Origin: Schizosaccharomyces osmophilus
Lineage: Eukaryota
DNA: 64,000 nt
Assembly (NCBI RefSeq): GCF_027921745.1
Contig: NC_079238.1
Span: 3,162,001 to 3,226,000 of the forward strand
Direction: 5' to 3'
Shown here: positions 1 through 10,979 of the stretch, in pieces
Position numbering within the stretch: the first letter of the stretch is position 1
How the letters are laid out: each line of letters begins with the position of its first letter
Notes under the pieces: generated by a model
What the model was told of the DNA's origin: nothing
Databases searched by the model: none
The model's input: only the letters and a program-made list of their open reading frames with translations
Program-made: the position numbers and the translations under genes

Positions 1-429
1 TTGCTAGTGAGAAAACAAAGAGGCAAAGTTAGGCTACCTTCTAGTAGTGAATCTGAAGCAGAATCTGAACAAAGGCCATTAGAGTCAGAGGTCGAGAGTT
101 TGAGCGACCATATTGAAGAAAAAGACGATCCTTTGACATTTGGTACTCGTAAGGAGGCATTTGAAAAGATAGCAAAGAAAAGGAAGATGAGTAAACAAAA
201 AAATACAAAGAACAGGAAGCTTAATCCATCCAAAGAACCCCGATTGCGCTCAGCGAAATTTATAGTTGATTCTGATGAAGATTCTGATGTTGAAGCTGCC
301 TTTTTTAAGGCCGAAGCGGCCTTGCGTGACAGAAATTCAAGAAATGCATTCCAAGGTTTAGCATCGGACGAAACTAAAAAAGAGGTGTTACAAGAACTAC
401 AATTACAAAGCTCGGAAGAATCTGAATAG
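1..429 (+). CDS. swi1: 3' end of replication fork protection complex subunit Swi1 (Tof1/Timeless family), truncated by window edge
   Basis: Open frame from window start to TAG at 427-429; charged C-terminus with SAKFIVDSDEDSDVEAAFFKAEAALR block typical of fungal Tof1 C-termini; convergent with rad3 as recalled in S. pombe. Confidence 0.75.
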   Translation: MLVRKQRGKVRLPSSSESEAESEQRPLESEVESLSDHIEEKDDPLTFGTRKEAFEKIAKKRKMSKQKNTKNRKLNPSKEPRLRSAKFIVDSDEDSDVEAAFFKAEAALRDRNSRNAFQGLASDETKKEVLQELQLQSSEESE

Positions 430-482
430 ATAGTCTATCTTCAATCAAAATAAATATTGCATTATGTAAGTATTAATTAAAA

Positions 483-3400
483 TTAAAAATAAGCTGCCCA
501 GCCAATGTACATTTCAACGAGGTTTTTTGGACTAACTGCAGATCGAATTAACTCTTGAATTTGACCTTCCACTGAAAGGGGAATGGTTTCACCAGGCATA
601 TAGCCTTGGAACTTTTTTCGAATCGTGTCTAAAACTTCATTAGCCTCATTACCCGGATATCTTCCTGTAATTTTTCGCCTATTCCATTCCACTAAAGGAT
701 CATGAAGGAACGATTCAAGAACACTCATTAGGGTATCTTGATTTGATCGTAAAAGTTTCATTGTTATCTCACTTGCCTTACGGAAACCGCCTTCGTAACC
801 GGTTGGGCCCATAGCGTCCACCATGTTGTGCGTCAGTCTGAAAGGAACCTTTTCTGGTTTCTCAAACGTCAAGCCCTTATCAAAGAGGCAGTTGAAATCA
901 ACATGTATAGCTTCACCGGTAAACTCGTCGAAGAGTATATTCTCACCATGACGATCACCCAGACCTAAAACATAACCAACAATGGACATAACAGCTAAAG
1001 TACGACTGTAATTTCGGCGGCTATTAACCCAGCTGTTTGGTTCGGGAAATGATTCGACGAACCATTCATAAAAGACTGGGGGAAACTTTGGTAGCATCGT
1101 TTTCTCAAAACTTTCTCCAGGATTTGGGCTTCTTAAAGCCATATCTAAATCGACTTTAATTTCCTGATAGGATATAGGAATATTTTTCTGCCGATAGTTC
1201 TTCAGCAAAATATCTCTAAAAGGGCGAGTATGGTTAACCCATTCGATAAAGCCACACTCCTCGTTTAAGGGAATGACAACGTAAGTTCGTATACACAAAT
1301 TTCTTCTGTTAGCTTCTTGATCTTTGCGTAGTATTTTGCAAATCACATTGTTGAACTCCATTAGCCGAGCGTCTTTTCTCAAATCATCCTTTGGTTTACA
1401 TAAGAACGGATATACATTGCCATCAGTACCTCTGACATAAACTTTTCTCGGTTTTTGTAGAGAATTCATAATATCAACTTCATCTTCGAATTTCAAAATC
1501 TCAGGCTGATTCTTTGGAAAAGGATGGTGGGTAATCCGATTTGCATCCGTAGCAGGTAAGCTTATATTTAAAAAAGAGCGGGCAGGTATAACAAGCTCAA
1601 CGGGCGTATCAAATACCATTTTGAAATGATTCTTTAAGCTCATTTTAACAGCTTTACTATCTATTCGAGTGTTACATAAATCCACCAATTTTTCTGTTAG
1701 TAATATGGCGGACTGACTTAATACCCTAAGGTCGATTTTTGAAGTAATAGCAACCTTTTTAGATTGAAGAACGTTCAGGATGCTTTTTCCTCTGACAGAA
1801 CGTTTTTGGGAAATAGACTTGATAGTAGCCATCAGTTGCCAGAGTGTCTCACTTGGATAAGTCGCGATAACATTAGCAACTAAGTGCTCTAAAATCTTAT
1901 AGACTTTATTATTCGGATGGCAAATCCGAGATATCATTTGAGAAAGAGCAATGAGGAAAAAATATTGAGGAATTTTAACTGCTAATCGGCATATATTAGA
2001 ATTCATCAACTCTAATGATTTTTTACGTGATAAATTTATATGTTCCCGAAAGTATTTTTCTCCGTCATCTTTTGAAAGCCGTAATTCCTCTGCTCCGAAA
2101 TCCAACCATAGAGTTAAAAGCTTAGGCATGCTTTCATATATATGACTGGTCCCATAATATAAAGATCGACCAAATTCGTTTATTATACGAGTTACCAATT
2201 CACCTGAAAGGAACCTCTCGCTTTGCTCGTAAACAGGAAGCTTCTTCTCTTCCTCGAACATTAAAACTCGGTGATGGCCTAAATAGTAATGATTTTTTTC
2301 CCATTCCGCATAGATTTCGACAGATTTAGAGTAGTGAGTTTCCAAATCCTTAAGTCCTAACTGACCAGCTTTTCCAAGCCATTTAGTAAGCTCTAGATAA
2401 ACTTTACCTTTGAGTGGGTTTCCCGTTTGGGATGCCTTCTTGTTTTTTATGTTAAAAGATTCCCCATCGAAAATGTTGTTTTCGAGAGATGAATGTAGTT
2501 CGGCTATGGCTTTTCGTTGTTGCCCTTGATGCCACCACCACCTAGCATGTTCAATTGTAGCTTGAGGCTTATCAAGTTCCATAGCCTTTAAAATGGCATT
2601 ATAGGCCCTTTGAGCCTGGCCATTTTTTCGCGAAAACCTAGCGATCTCTAGATAGATACCTGCTAACTTCTCTCGTAACTTAAATCGGCTGAAAGCAACC
2701 AAGTGTGTCGACAAAATATGGTGTCTGTATCTTCCATAGGGGGCCACTTTATTGAGTCGGCGGTGAAGAAAAACTTCAAGTTTTTCCTGGGAATTTGGGG
2801 TTAAATCAATTTCAGCAATTTTACTGAAATCGTAAAGTGCATGAAGTTTTGAAAGCATTTCATAGCAATCGTAGGAAGAATGGGCGCCAATATTCGAAAT
2901 TATAGAAGCAGCCTCGGCATACAAGGGTTCCAATTGGTATTCCATCGTTGCCAAGTCCGATTCTTGCAATAAGTAATTTTGGAAGATTTCTCCGAGTTTG
3001 GCATCAAAAGTTTGCAAATTACTTTTCTGTATGCATTTTTGAAGGGAGTTAACGGACAAAGAATGCCACGCTGCTTCAATCCCTAAGTCAATGATTTTAG
3101 ATGAAGTGCTTGCTTCAGAATCTGTTTCCATTAGCGAATCCACGGATAACACTAAGGATTCGTAATGCCCAGATTGTAGCATTGCGTTCAGCAGCCCAAC
3201 TTTTGCTCTATGGTTCTCTGGGTAATTTTGTACAAGTATTTCGTAGCAACTAAGTGCCGAATCCCATTTACCAGAATTTTCATGCAACAAAAGTTGTTGA
3301 TCTAAAGAATAATCATGAAAGTTTAGAGAAACGGCTTCAATTCCATCAGGATCTTCTATTCCTGTATAAACGTCCTGCAAAATGCGGTAATCTGAATCTA

Positions 3401-6400
3401 AAAGAGAGCCTGGCTTTTCCAAAAGGGCAGTTCTAATGTGCTGTTCCCAATAAAACAAAGCGCGAGCATGAAATCCACAGTTTAAAGAAACAAGGCCCAG
3501 TGTTTTTGAAGGAAAGCGTAAAAGAAAACTTTCTACCTTGCTGACAGAATTTTCCTGAGTAGTCAAGTCATCAACAGACATATATCGGTTTTCTCTTCTA
3601 GCTAACGCAGAGCGTCTACTCCAATTTCTCTTTTTTCGCATACGAAGCCAATTGTTTAAGTAATCAACAATGTTAAAAAACAAATTGACAAATGATGCAT
3701 ATCTCTGCTTTCCGATAGAGTCTAATCCATCAGGGCTGGGTTGATTAATTATATACTGAAATTCAGCAATAACTAGCTCAACAACTTCATCTTTCTCAGT
3801 TATGACGACATTTAAAACCAAAAATGGAAGTAAAAAGCAAGGTATCGACATTTCTTGATCCTTAATCACTTTGGAACATATGCTGAAAATTCTGTCAGCA
3901 TTTTGAGAATGAGGAAACTCTGTCAGCTTCAAAGAAATTTCTTGAACCCATGAGTGAGTGTCCATATTCTGCTTGAATATTGGAAAGTTAATATCCAATT
4001 TAGGGACAAGAGTAAGATGATATTTGGAATTCAAAAAAGGAATAAGCACTCGCTTAGAAAGGTCAGGTAAAGCTTTCCAATGCTCCGCAACTACGGTTAA
4101 TGATGTACTTTTCTTGTTATTTAGCACAGCAGATTTAAATCCCCCTAATTTTAAAAACTCCTGCAATGCGTAGGCTATAAAGCCTTGAGCTTTTGTGTCG
4201 GTTGTCACAAGAAATGCAGGAATTAGTTGAGATTGAATGAAATCCAATATGAACCGTAAACTTTCCTCGCCATCCTCAAAATTATCTAACACGACCGTTT
4301 GTTGAATATTGCTCCGAGCTTCTAAGCGGCTAGGATCAACAGCACCAAGCTTCGCGATGTTTCGCGTACAAAGCTTTGCTATTTCATCATTACTATGTGC
4401 AAACTTTATGCAGCAGTCAAGCAAGCAACGTAACAACTGATCCAAAATGGAATCTGAAGCATCCGAATAGAGTACCTCATGCAATTCTTCTTGCTTATTC
4501 TCTAAAAAGATATCAAGTTTTTGAAGACCCAGGTAGCAAACTGATTCGTGCTCGTTTCTTAGACATTTGATAATATCTTCAATGTTGACGAAGAAATCAT
4601 CATTCTGCAATTTCGAGAATATATCTCTAGTGTTATCTTTAAAACAAGGCAAGTCTAAAGTAGTAGGAATTGCCCATCTTAATTCCGATAAACAATTATG
4701 AGGGTCGGAAGCAATAAAATCGAAGACTTTTTGTACCGTCTCTGCCTCTTGCCCTCTAAGCTTTTTATATATAATTGGGAAAAGTACAAGACTGAGACTG
4801 GCTATGGAAGTGTATTCAGGTTCATTAATGTAGGATACTAATTGTAACCAGGTGTCAATAGCATATGAACGTAATGTATCATCCTGGAACGCATTTTGCA
4901 AGCTTGACAGTATTTGAGGTAATCCTAGCTTAATAGCATTACCGGAAAGGGTAAACATTTCTCGAATTCCGACAATTGTACGTATTTTATCGTTAACAGA
5001 CGTTTTCCCTTTTAGGTCATTCAAAATATTTGAAAATTCAGCTAAGATTCCCAAAATATGATTATTAAAGAAGTCATGAAGCAATTTATCTTCGTCGGAA
5101 TCTGAAAGTTCAGAAGATGATTGAGATACCATCAAAGCTACTTTCTTCAAAGCGTTTTCAATTTTCTCCCTTGGAACTCCGGAATTATATAACTGAAGCA
5201 ACTCTACGGTTAAAGCTATAGGATCAGACCTTAATAATGAACTAAGGTCAATTTTTCGAAAATCTGAGGAAGCCAGACTTAATAATAGCATGACACTTTC
5301 TTCCAGGTTTGGATAATCGGTGGTTAATAAAACGGCCAGAATTTTATGCATATTCGTCAAACATAAGGCTGCGACGTCAGTCTGTGATAATTCAGCAATC
5401 CGGGAAATAACATGATGGTTTTTAGTTAAGACAAGGTAGGGGAGTGTATAGGATTGAGTGCGAATTAAAAAATCGCTTTCAGATATATCCATTGCTTCAG
5501 CAAATAGTCCAACGATGTTGGGTTTGGAAGTCATACCTCTAATGATAGTTACAGATATTGTAGGCCAATAAGGAGATAGTAGTTTCCAAACAGAAACCCT
5601 TCTTGAACGAGCAATACTTTGGAGGGCATGCAAACAAATACCTTGGTAGTATATGTCAAATTCTATTGCTATTGAGATAATTTGCAAAAGAACCAGGTGA
5701 AGCTCTTCGCCTTCTGCTAAGCGACCCACATTCTCCCATGTAATTATGGTTGTTTCCATTAAAGATACGTCGCTTGAAGATATATCTTTTAAAGTCCTTA
5801 GCACTTCCATTCGAATATTCCGTAAGAGATCCACGTCCTTTTGAATGGAAGAATTAAAAAACACCTTTGGGACGACAGAAGCTGCCAGTATCCGAACAGA
5901 CCTTGTGGTACTACAAAGTAGTGGAATTAACTTTTCTTTCATCTGGTGTGATACCAATAAATATCGGGGATTAGTATGATTTAACCAACGATTAAGGGCC
6001 CTTAAAGCAAAATATAATTTTGTTTCTGAGCATTTAATTAGATCAGAATCTAATAACTTTAGAAATATTTGGTCAGAGGGTATATTTAAAAGTTTGGCAT
6101 TTTTTTCCCGGTATTGGACAACATTAGAATCGCATGCAAGACAGCCTTGAAATGATAACAATTCATTGCTTGAATGTTGCTTGCATAAAGATAACTCAAA
6201 TTCCTGTAATTCATGATCAGAAATTGAAGCCAAACTTGATAAAACATCAGATAACATGCAGTTCACATCGTCAATGCTGGAGGAACCAGAAGACAACAAC
6301 CACTCAGAAAAAGATTTTAAAGGGCAAAGTTTGACAGGCGGTACTTCTAAATTGGTTTTCGCTGAGAAAGGGTAAGCCAAAAAGAACGCAAAGGAGAATA

Positions 6401-7658
6401 ATTGATTCAAAGTAGAAGATCTATAAAACCCGCATTTATCTGTATTTTCAGTTCCCAAAACTTTATTTTTCTCATAAATAATTTTATAAATATTATCTTT
6501 CTTATTTTCCAACAGATATTTGAAGAGTAGAACGGATGTATGAGAATCAGAGTGTTCATCATTACAAATGGTCATTAAAGTTTGAGAAGATAGTAAATGC
6601 AAAGAAAATGAACGAGAAGATTCAGAGTATGAATCTGGTAATATACAAAGAGAAAGAAAGTAGAGAGCGTACGTATAATCGACAAAACTTGACACATGCG
6701 GAAATGAAAAAAGATAAGATTTGGCAAACATAAGTAATAAATCCTTGGTTTTTTGGCAAGGTGAGTTCTGAACGATGGCAGATTTCAAGAAAAAGAAAAT
6801 TAAGCATTGTATGGCACGACAGCGGGTATGAGTTAAGCACGAAATGTCTGTAATGACTAGTTTTTTGAGAAGAAATAGGAAATTTAAATATTTAGGCTTA
6901 ATCCAATAGCCGTTCAAAAAATAAAGGGACACATCGTTTAGTTTGTTGATAGGAGCAAGATACTTGGCGAAAACATGAACGCTTTCGAGGTAAAACGAGC
7001 AAGCCTCTTGATAGTTATCAATGATAATTGGAAAGTTGGTCTCTTCTTTACCATCGAATTTTCCCCCTACCAACGACAATGGACGTGGGTCAAGAGGCAA
7101 CATTCGCAGAGGAAAAGAAAGGTTTGTAGTTTCTAACAAAGAAGAAGAAATCGTATCGATGTAATATTTCCATGCTCGCAAGTAAACGCTTTGAAAAGGC
7201 CAGAGGTAGTCCTTGACAAAAAGGAAATGGAAAAGTGTGTGATGCAATTCGCAAATATCGTCAAATAAATCAGCCAGCTGAAAATTTTTAAAAACAAAGA
7301 TTGTGCGAGGGAGTAACCAAGTGAGTAAAACACCGCAAGGCGTTTCTTCGCATAAAACTTCTGGGCATTTTTTCAGGATCAGCAATAAACATTGGATTGA
7401 CTGTTTTGCTTCTTTGAGTAGATTCGAAGGAATTAAAATATTTTTGTAGTCATCACTTTCTAATACAAAAAGCCCAGCTTCGACTAAAATTTGGATTATC
7501 TGAAAGGTTACTGGGATTGACCTCGAATTATTCTGAGAAGCAGCATCCTGATCAAAAAGTGTAATCTCTATTAAAAGTTGCTCAAAGACATGTCGGTCAT
7601 CGCTGTATTTTGGAGTCAAATTTAAGGACTCTGACCTTCGTTGAATGAACTGGCTCAT
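483..7658 (-). CDS. rad3: ATR checkpoint kinase Rad3 (PIKK family), about 2391 aa, intronless
   Basis: PI3/PI4-kinase motifs KPKDDLRKDARLMEF, VLGLGDRHGENIL, HVDFNCLF; FATC end MYIGWAAYF. First true ATG (MSQ...) at 7658; the track start at 7664 is GTG. Confidence 0.97.
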   Translation of the reverse strand: MSQFIQRRSESLNLTPKYSDDRHVFEQLLIEITLFDQDAASQNNSRSIPVTFQIIQILVEAGLFVLESDDYKNILIPSNLLKEAKQSIQCLLLILKKCPEVLCEETPCGVLLTWLLPRTIFVFKNFQLADLFDDICELHHTLFHFLFVKDYLWPFQSVYLRAWKYYIDTISSSLLETTNLSFPLRMLPLDPRPLSLVGGKFDGKEETNFPIIIDNYQEACSFYLESVHVFAKYLAPINKLNDVSLYFLNGYWIKPKYLNFLFLLKKLVITDISCLTHTRCRAIQCLIFFFLKSAIVQNSPCQKTKDLLLMFAKSYLFSFPHVSSFVDYTYALYFLSLCILPDSYSESSRSFSLHLLSSQTLMTICNDEHSDSHTSVLLFKYLLENKKDNIYKIIYEKNKVLGTENTDKCGFYRSSTLNQLFSFAFFLAYPFSAKTNLEVPPVKLCPLKSFSEWLLSSGSSSIDDVNCMLSDVLSSLASISDHELQEFELSLCKQHSSNELLSFQGCLACDSNVVQYREKNAKLLNIPSDQIFLKLLDSDLIKCSETKLYFALRALNRWLNHTNPRYLLVSHQMKEKLIPLLCSTTRSVRILAASVVPKVFFNSSIQKDVDLLRNIRMEVLRTLKDISSSDVSLMETTIITWENVGRLAEGEELHLVLLQIISIAIEFDIYYQGICLHALQSIARSRRVSVWKLLSPYWPTISVTIIRGMTSKPNIVGLFAEAMDISESDFLIRTQSYTLPYLVLTKNHHVISRIAELSQTDVAALCLTNMHKILAVLLTTDYPNLEESVMLLLSLASSDFRKIDLSSLLRSDPIALTVELLQLYNSGVPREKIENALKKVALMVSQSSSELSDSDEDKLLHDFFNNHILGILAEFSNILNDLKGKTSVNDKIRTIVGIREMFTLSGNAIKLGLPQILSSLQNAFQDDTLRSYAIDTWLQLVSYINEPEYTSIASLSLVLFPIIYKKLRGQEAETVQKVFDFIASDPHNCLSELRWAIPTTLDLPCFKDNTRDIFSKLQNDDFFVNIEDIIKCLRNEHESVCYLGLQKLDIFLENKQEELHEVLYSDASDSILDQLLRCLLDCCIKFAHSNDEIAKLCTRNIAKLGAVDPSRLEARSNIQQTVVLDNFEDGEESLRFILDFIQSQLIPAFLVTTDTKAQGFIAYALQEFLKLGGFKSAVLNNKKSTSLTVVAEHWKALPDLSKRVLIPFLNSKYHLTLVPKLDINFPIFKQNMDTHSWVQEISLKLTEFPHSQNADRIFSICSKVIKDQEMSIPCFLLPFLVLNVVITEKDEVVELVIAEFQYIINQPSPDGLDSIGKQRYASFVNLFFNIVDYLNNWLRMRKKRNWSRRSALARRENRYMSVDDLTTQENSVSKVESFLLRFPSKTLGLVSLNCGFHARALFYWEQHIRTALLEKPGSLLDSDYRILQDVYTGIEDPDGIEAVSLNFHDYSLDQQLLLHENSGKWDSALSCYEILVQNYPENHRAKVGLLNAMLQSGHYESLVLSVDSLMETDSEASTSSKIIDLGIEAAWHSLSVNSLQKCIQKSNLQTFDAKLGEIFQNYLLQESDLATMEYQLEPLYAEAASIISNIGAHSSYDCYEMLSKLHALYDFSKIAEIDLTPNSQEKLEVFLHRRLNKVAPYGRYRHHILSTHLVAFSRFKLREKLAGIYLEIARFSRKNGQAQRAYNAILKAMELDKPQATIEHARWWWHQGQQRKAIAELHSSLENNIFDGESFNIKNKKASQTGNPLKGKVYLELTKWLGKAGQLGLKDLETHYSKSVEIYAEWEKNHYYLGHHRVLMFEEEKKLPVYEQSERFLSGELVTRIINEFGRSLYYGTSHIYESMPKLLTLWLDFGAEELRLSKDDGEKYFREHINLSRKKSLELMNSNICRLAVKIPQYFFLIALSQMISRICHPNNKVYKILEHLVANVIATYPSETLWQLMATIKSISQKRSVRGKSILNVLQSKKVAITSKIDLRVLSQSAILLTEKLVDLCNTRIDSKAVKMSLKNHFKMVFDTPVELVIPARSFLNISLPATDANRITHHPFPKNQPEILKFEDEVDIMNSLQKPRKVYVRGTDGNVYPFLCKPKDDLRKDARLMEFNNVICKILRKDQEANRRNLCIRTYVVIPLNEECGFIEWVNHTRPFRDILLKNYRQKNIPISYQEIKVDLDMALRSPNPGESFEKTMLPKFPPVFYEWFVESFPEPNSWVNSRRNYSRTLAVMSIVGYVLGLGDRHGENILFDEFTGEAIHVDFNCLFDKGLTFEKPEKVPFRLTHNMVDAMGPTGYEGGFRKASEITMKLLRSNQDTLMSVLESFLHDPLVEWNRRKITGRYPGNEANEVLDTIRKKFQGYMPGETIPLSVEGQIQELIRSAVSPKNLVEMYIGWAAYF

Positions 7659-8952
7659 GCACACGCGAAATGAGTTGACAAGGGAATTACCAAAGCTTTA
7701 AAATGCGATTTCTAACGTCGATTCTTGACGCGCCCTTCTTAATGAGTTGTCTGAACCCAAGTACTCATTCGTACAGGTGGGTGAAATTTTATGGGTATGT
7801 ACTTGAGATGTTCAGAGGAATGGAAGAAGACTTTTCACAGAAACGAAACCTGTTTTGTAAGTAAGAAGGTTATAACCATCCTTAAATAGTTCTGAAATCT
7901 GTGTATTTTGCGAGATTTATAAGAATAGTCTGCTTGGCTTTCCGTTGTATTTTTCGTTATAAGAAGGAATCCATAGCTATGATGCACTAGAGTCCGTATA
8001 AACAAGCAAGAACAAATCGTAAAAAAGAACAAGAAATTGGAAAAGTAAATTGAAAATAAACAATGCTCGGACTGCCTGAAACAGTTTGAACAGTAAAGCA
8101 GCACTACCGATCAAGAAAAGACGCTACAAGTGAATCTGTCTTACCTTTCTGTAAACGATGCAAGTATCAGAGCTCAAGTATGAATTTGAAACTCACAAAA
8201 CCAGGTCAGAGAGGCTCATGATAAATTCATAGATAGCGAAACTCTGGTGAATCAATTTTGAAAAGACAAGAAATGAAAGTTTTCCTTGTTTGTTTTATTC
8301 TGCATTTTCAATTCACGAATTTAGGAACCGAGTGTATTCATCCTCTATGTAAGAATGAAGCATAAACGAAAGAGAATAGCAACGAATTTCAATTAAACTA
8401 ATGATGAGTACGAGTATGAATACAAAACGAATACGAATATTTAACCTCTTGTCATAAAAGATTTAAAACCATAAATTGAAAATTTCAATTTCTAGTGTAT
8501 GACCATGTCTGTACGCGCACATTTTTCGTATTACGTGGAAGCGAACTTTTGTAATGTAAATAAATAATGAGGTAAAAAAAATAAAAAAATAAAAGAAAGA
8601 ACAATGAAAGCCGAAAAAGATGGTAAAAAATTGAAAAAGGGTCAAATTAATGGTACATAACTCTTTCATATTAAAAAAGCAGTGCTAAAATCACTTTTCT
8701 GTTCTGGCCACCTGTTTTTTTCGTCATCACTTGTAAAGGAAGGAACATTCTTAATGAGTGATTGAATGAAAAAGTAAAAATAAAAGCACGTCGACTTGCA
8801 ATCTTCCATTCTCATTTCTTCTCAGTTTTATAAAAAAAAAGTTGAATCGTCTGTTCATTTCGATTGACTCGCCATCACTTCTTTAGAGGTCGTACTTAAA
8901 ACCTCATTTACTCAAAATTCGTATTCGGTGAATTTTCTCGAAAACTACTTTT

Positions 8953-9456
8953 ATGAGACGAGTTTTTCTCAAGAGTGTTCCTGCATTACAATACCGTTGC
9001 TTTCACACCCGTTTTGTTCAAAAACAACAATCAACAAATATGAAGTACCCACTGGATAAGCCAGATGAAGAATGGCGCAAAGAACTTGATCCGGAACAGT
9101 ACCGTGTAATCCGAAAAAAAGGTACAGAGCTTCCGGGTGCTGGAAAATTCACAAACGCTTTCCCAGAGAAAGGTGTCTTTGTATGTGCAGCTTGTAAAGA
9201 GTTACTGTACAAAGCTGATACGAAATTCGAGAGCCACTGTGGATGGCCTGCCTTTTACGAAAATTTACCAGGAAAAGTGAACAGAATAGAGGATGATTCT
9301 TTTGGAATGCAACGTACTGAGGTTGTTTGCTCAAATTGCGGCGGCCATTTGGGCCATATTTTCAAGGGCGAGGGCTATCCCGTACCTACGAATGAACGCC
9401 ATTGTATCAATTCTGTGAGCTTGGATTTTCACAAAGAAGAAACCAACAATAAGTAG
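8953..9456 (+). CDS. mxr2: Methionine-R-sulfoxide reductase MsrB (SelR family)
   Basis: CxxC pairs (CAAC, CSNC), CGWPAF, HLGHIF and RHCINS motifs; second in-frame ATG at 9040. Confidence 0.95.
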   Translation: MRRVFLKSVPALQYRCFHTRFVQKQQSTNMKYPLDKPDEEWRKELDPEQYRVIRKKGTELPGAGKFTNAFPEKGVFVCAACKELLYKADTKFESHCGWPAFYENLPGKVNRIEDDSFGMQRTEVVCSNCGGHLGHIFKGEGYPVPTNERHCINSVSLDFHKEETNNK

Positions 9457-9660
9457 TGTGATCAAACCACAACTTTCTCCTTACGAAACAGACATGTTTG
9501 TCTTGCAATATACTAAATGAAATAATTCTTACCGCTTAATCAGAGAGTGACAAGTATAAAAGTGACCTAACATCAATTCCACAGTCTAAAAAACTCGGCG
9601 TGAAAATATTATTACTAGTATAGCCATTGACTGAAAAAACATATCGAAACTTTTTTATGT

Positions 9661-9714
9661 GTTTCTTTTATTCTTTTATTCTTTTTTTTTTTTTTTTTAT
9701 TCTTTTTTTCTTTT
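9661..9714. repeat. T-rich low-complexity tract (TTCTTTTA units plus poly-T)
   Basis: Seen directly between the convergent mxr2 and NAD(P)-binding genes. Confidence 0.8.
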
Positions 9715-9842
9715 AAATAACCTTAAGTACATAAGTCTGAACATTCAAAATCTTTATCGTTAAACATTACCGTATTTACATTGAAGAATCCATAAACTGA
9801 CAAACAGTACAATTCGTCATGTCTATAAAGACGATGCTTTCA

Positions 9843-10586
9843 TTATACAGAGTAGGTATAAGAAGATTCTCCTTTGATAATAAACCCAGATATAGCTTTG
9901 TGGATCGGAATGTCACCATCCGTAATGTCAGCAATAAGATGTTTGGACTGTGGATCCATTGCAAACAATAGAATAGCTCGAGCAACAGTTTCCCTGGAAA
10001 TCATACTATTAATCGAAATTTTACCAATGGCAATTTTACCATTGCTATTCTCGTCTGTAAGCCCTGATGGACGTACGATGGTCCAGTCAATATCAGTGGA
10101 TCGACGCACCAGTTCCTGATCTGCAATATATTTATAATGATAATAAGTACCAATAGCTTTGTGAATTTTTAGACTCAATTCGACATCAGCTTCCTTATAA
10201 TGGGGTGGAGGAGGTTGATTCATGTCCCGATTGTCAATCGCCGATACCATAATTAGCCTTCGAATTCTTGCGATCCTCATAGCATCAAATACTTTTACAG
10301 ATCCTTCATAATCCACAGCTTTGGTCCTCTCAACTCCACCTTTCCCCCCAGAGCCAGCTGCGAACACGATTATATCCGGCATGATTTCTTTCAACAGCTC
10401 AGCAATCTGTAGTGGAGATGCTTTTTCCAGTGAACAAACCTTCGTTCGACCGTTCACTTTCTCAATATCTTCATTCTGTACATAGTCACGAACAACATTG
10501 TACACAACGTGTCCTGCTTCAGATGCAATCTTTGTGAAAAGCAGAGATACTTTTCCGTGGCCACCAAAAAGGGCGAATATTGCCAT
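9843..10586 (-). CDS. NAD(P)-binding Rossmann-fold protein (atypical SDR/NAD_binding_10-like; SPBC216.03-like), 247 aa
   Basis: N-terminal GGHGKVS glycine motif, FAAGSGG, YHYKYIAD, WTIVRPSGLTD; ATG at 10586 (track start is GTG). Confidence 0.88.
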   Translation of the reverse strand: MAIFALFGGHGKVSLLFTKIASEAGHVVYNVVRDYVQNEDIEKVNGRTKVCSLEKASPLQIAELLKEIMPDIIVFAAGSGGKGGVERTKAVDYEGSVKVFDAMRIARIRRLIMVSAIDNRDMNQPPPPHYKEADVELSLKIHKAIGTYYHYKYIADQELVRRSTDIDWTIVRPSGLTDENSNGKIAIGKISINSMISRETVARAILLFAMDPQSKHLIADITDGDIPIHKAISGFIIKGESSYTYSV

Positions 10587-10807
10587 TTTTTCCAACACCT
10601 ATCTTTAGAATTTATATAGAATCAAAAATACAGTAATCACAAGTGTCTTCGATTTCTCAGACAAACTGCCAACTCGAATTAGTTTATACTTTGGCCCTTT
10701 CCAAGAATGTATCTTACCTGTTGTATGAAAAATCGATGAGTAATATATAAAAGAAAGAATTTCTCAGGGAAAAAAGGTGAAATGTGGAATTTCTATATTG
10801 TTTGCCA

Positions 10808-10979
10808 TTAGTCACTTTTCTTCATCCATAATTTCTTAATCAGGTACAAACACGAATTTACGTACATTTTATAAATTACAATGCTTTCTTACAATTCTTA
10901 ACCAAAATTGGGACTATTGTGAACTAGGAAAGTACAAGTTCCTAGGATCTAACTTGGGCTGCAAAATCCTGAATGACGT
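10808..10979. promoter_or_regulatory. Candidate stress-response bZIP sites: TTAGTCA (AP-1/Pap1-like, 10808-10814) and ATGACGT (CRE/M26, Atf1-Pcr1, 10973-10979)
   Basis: Exact motif matches 220-390 bp upstream of the NAD(P)-binding gene; short motifs can occur by chance. Confidence 0.35.
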
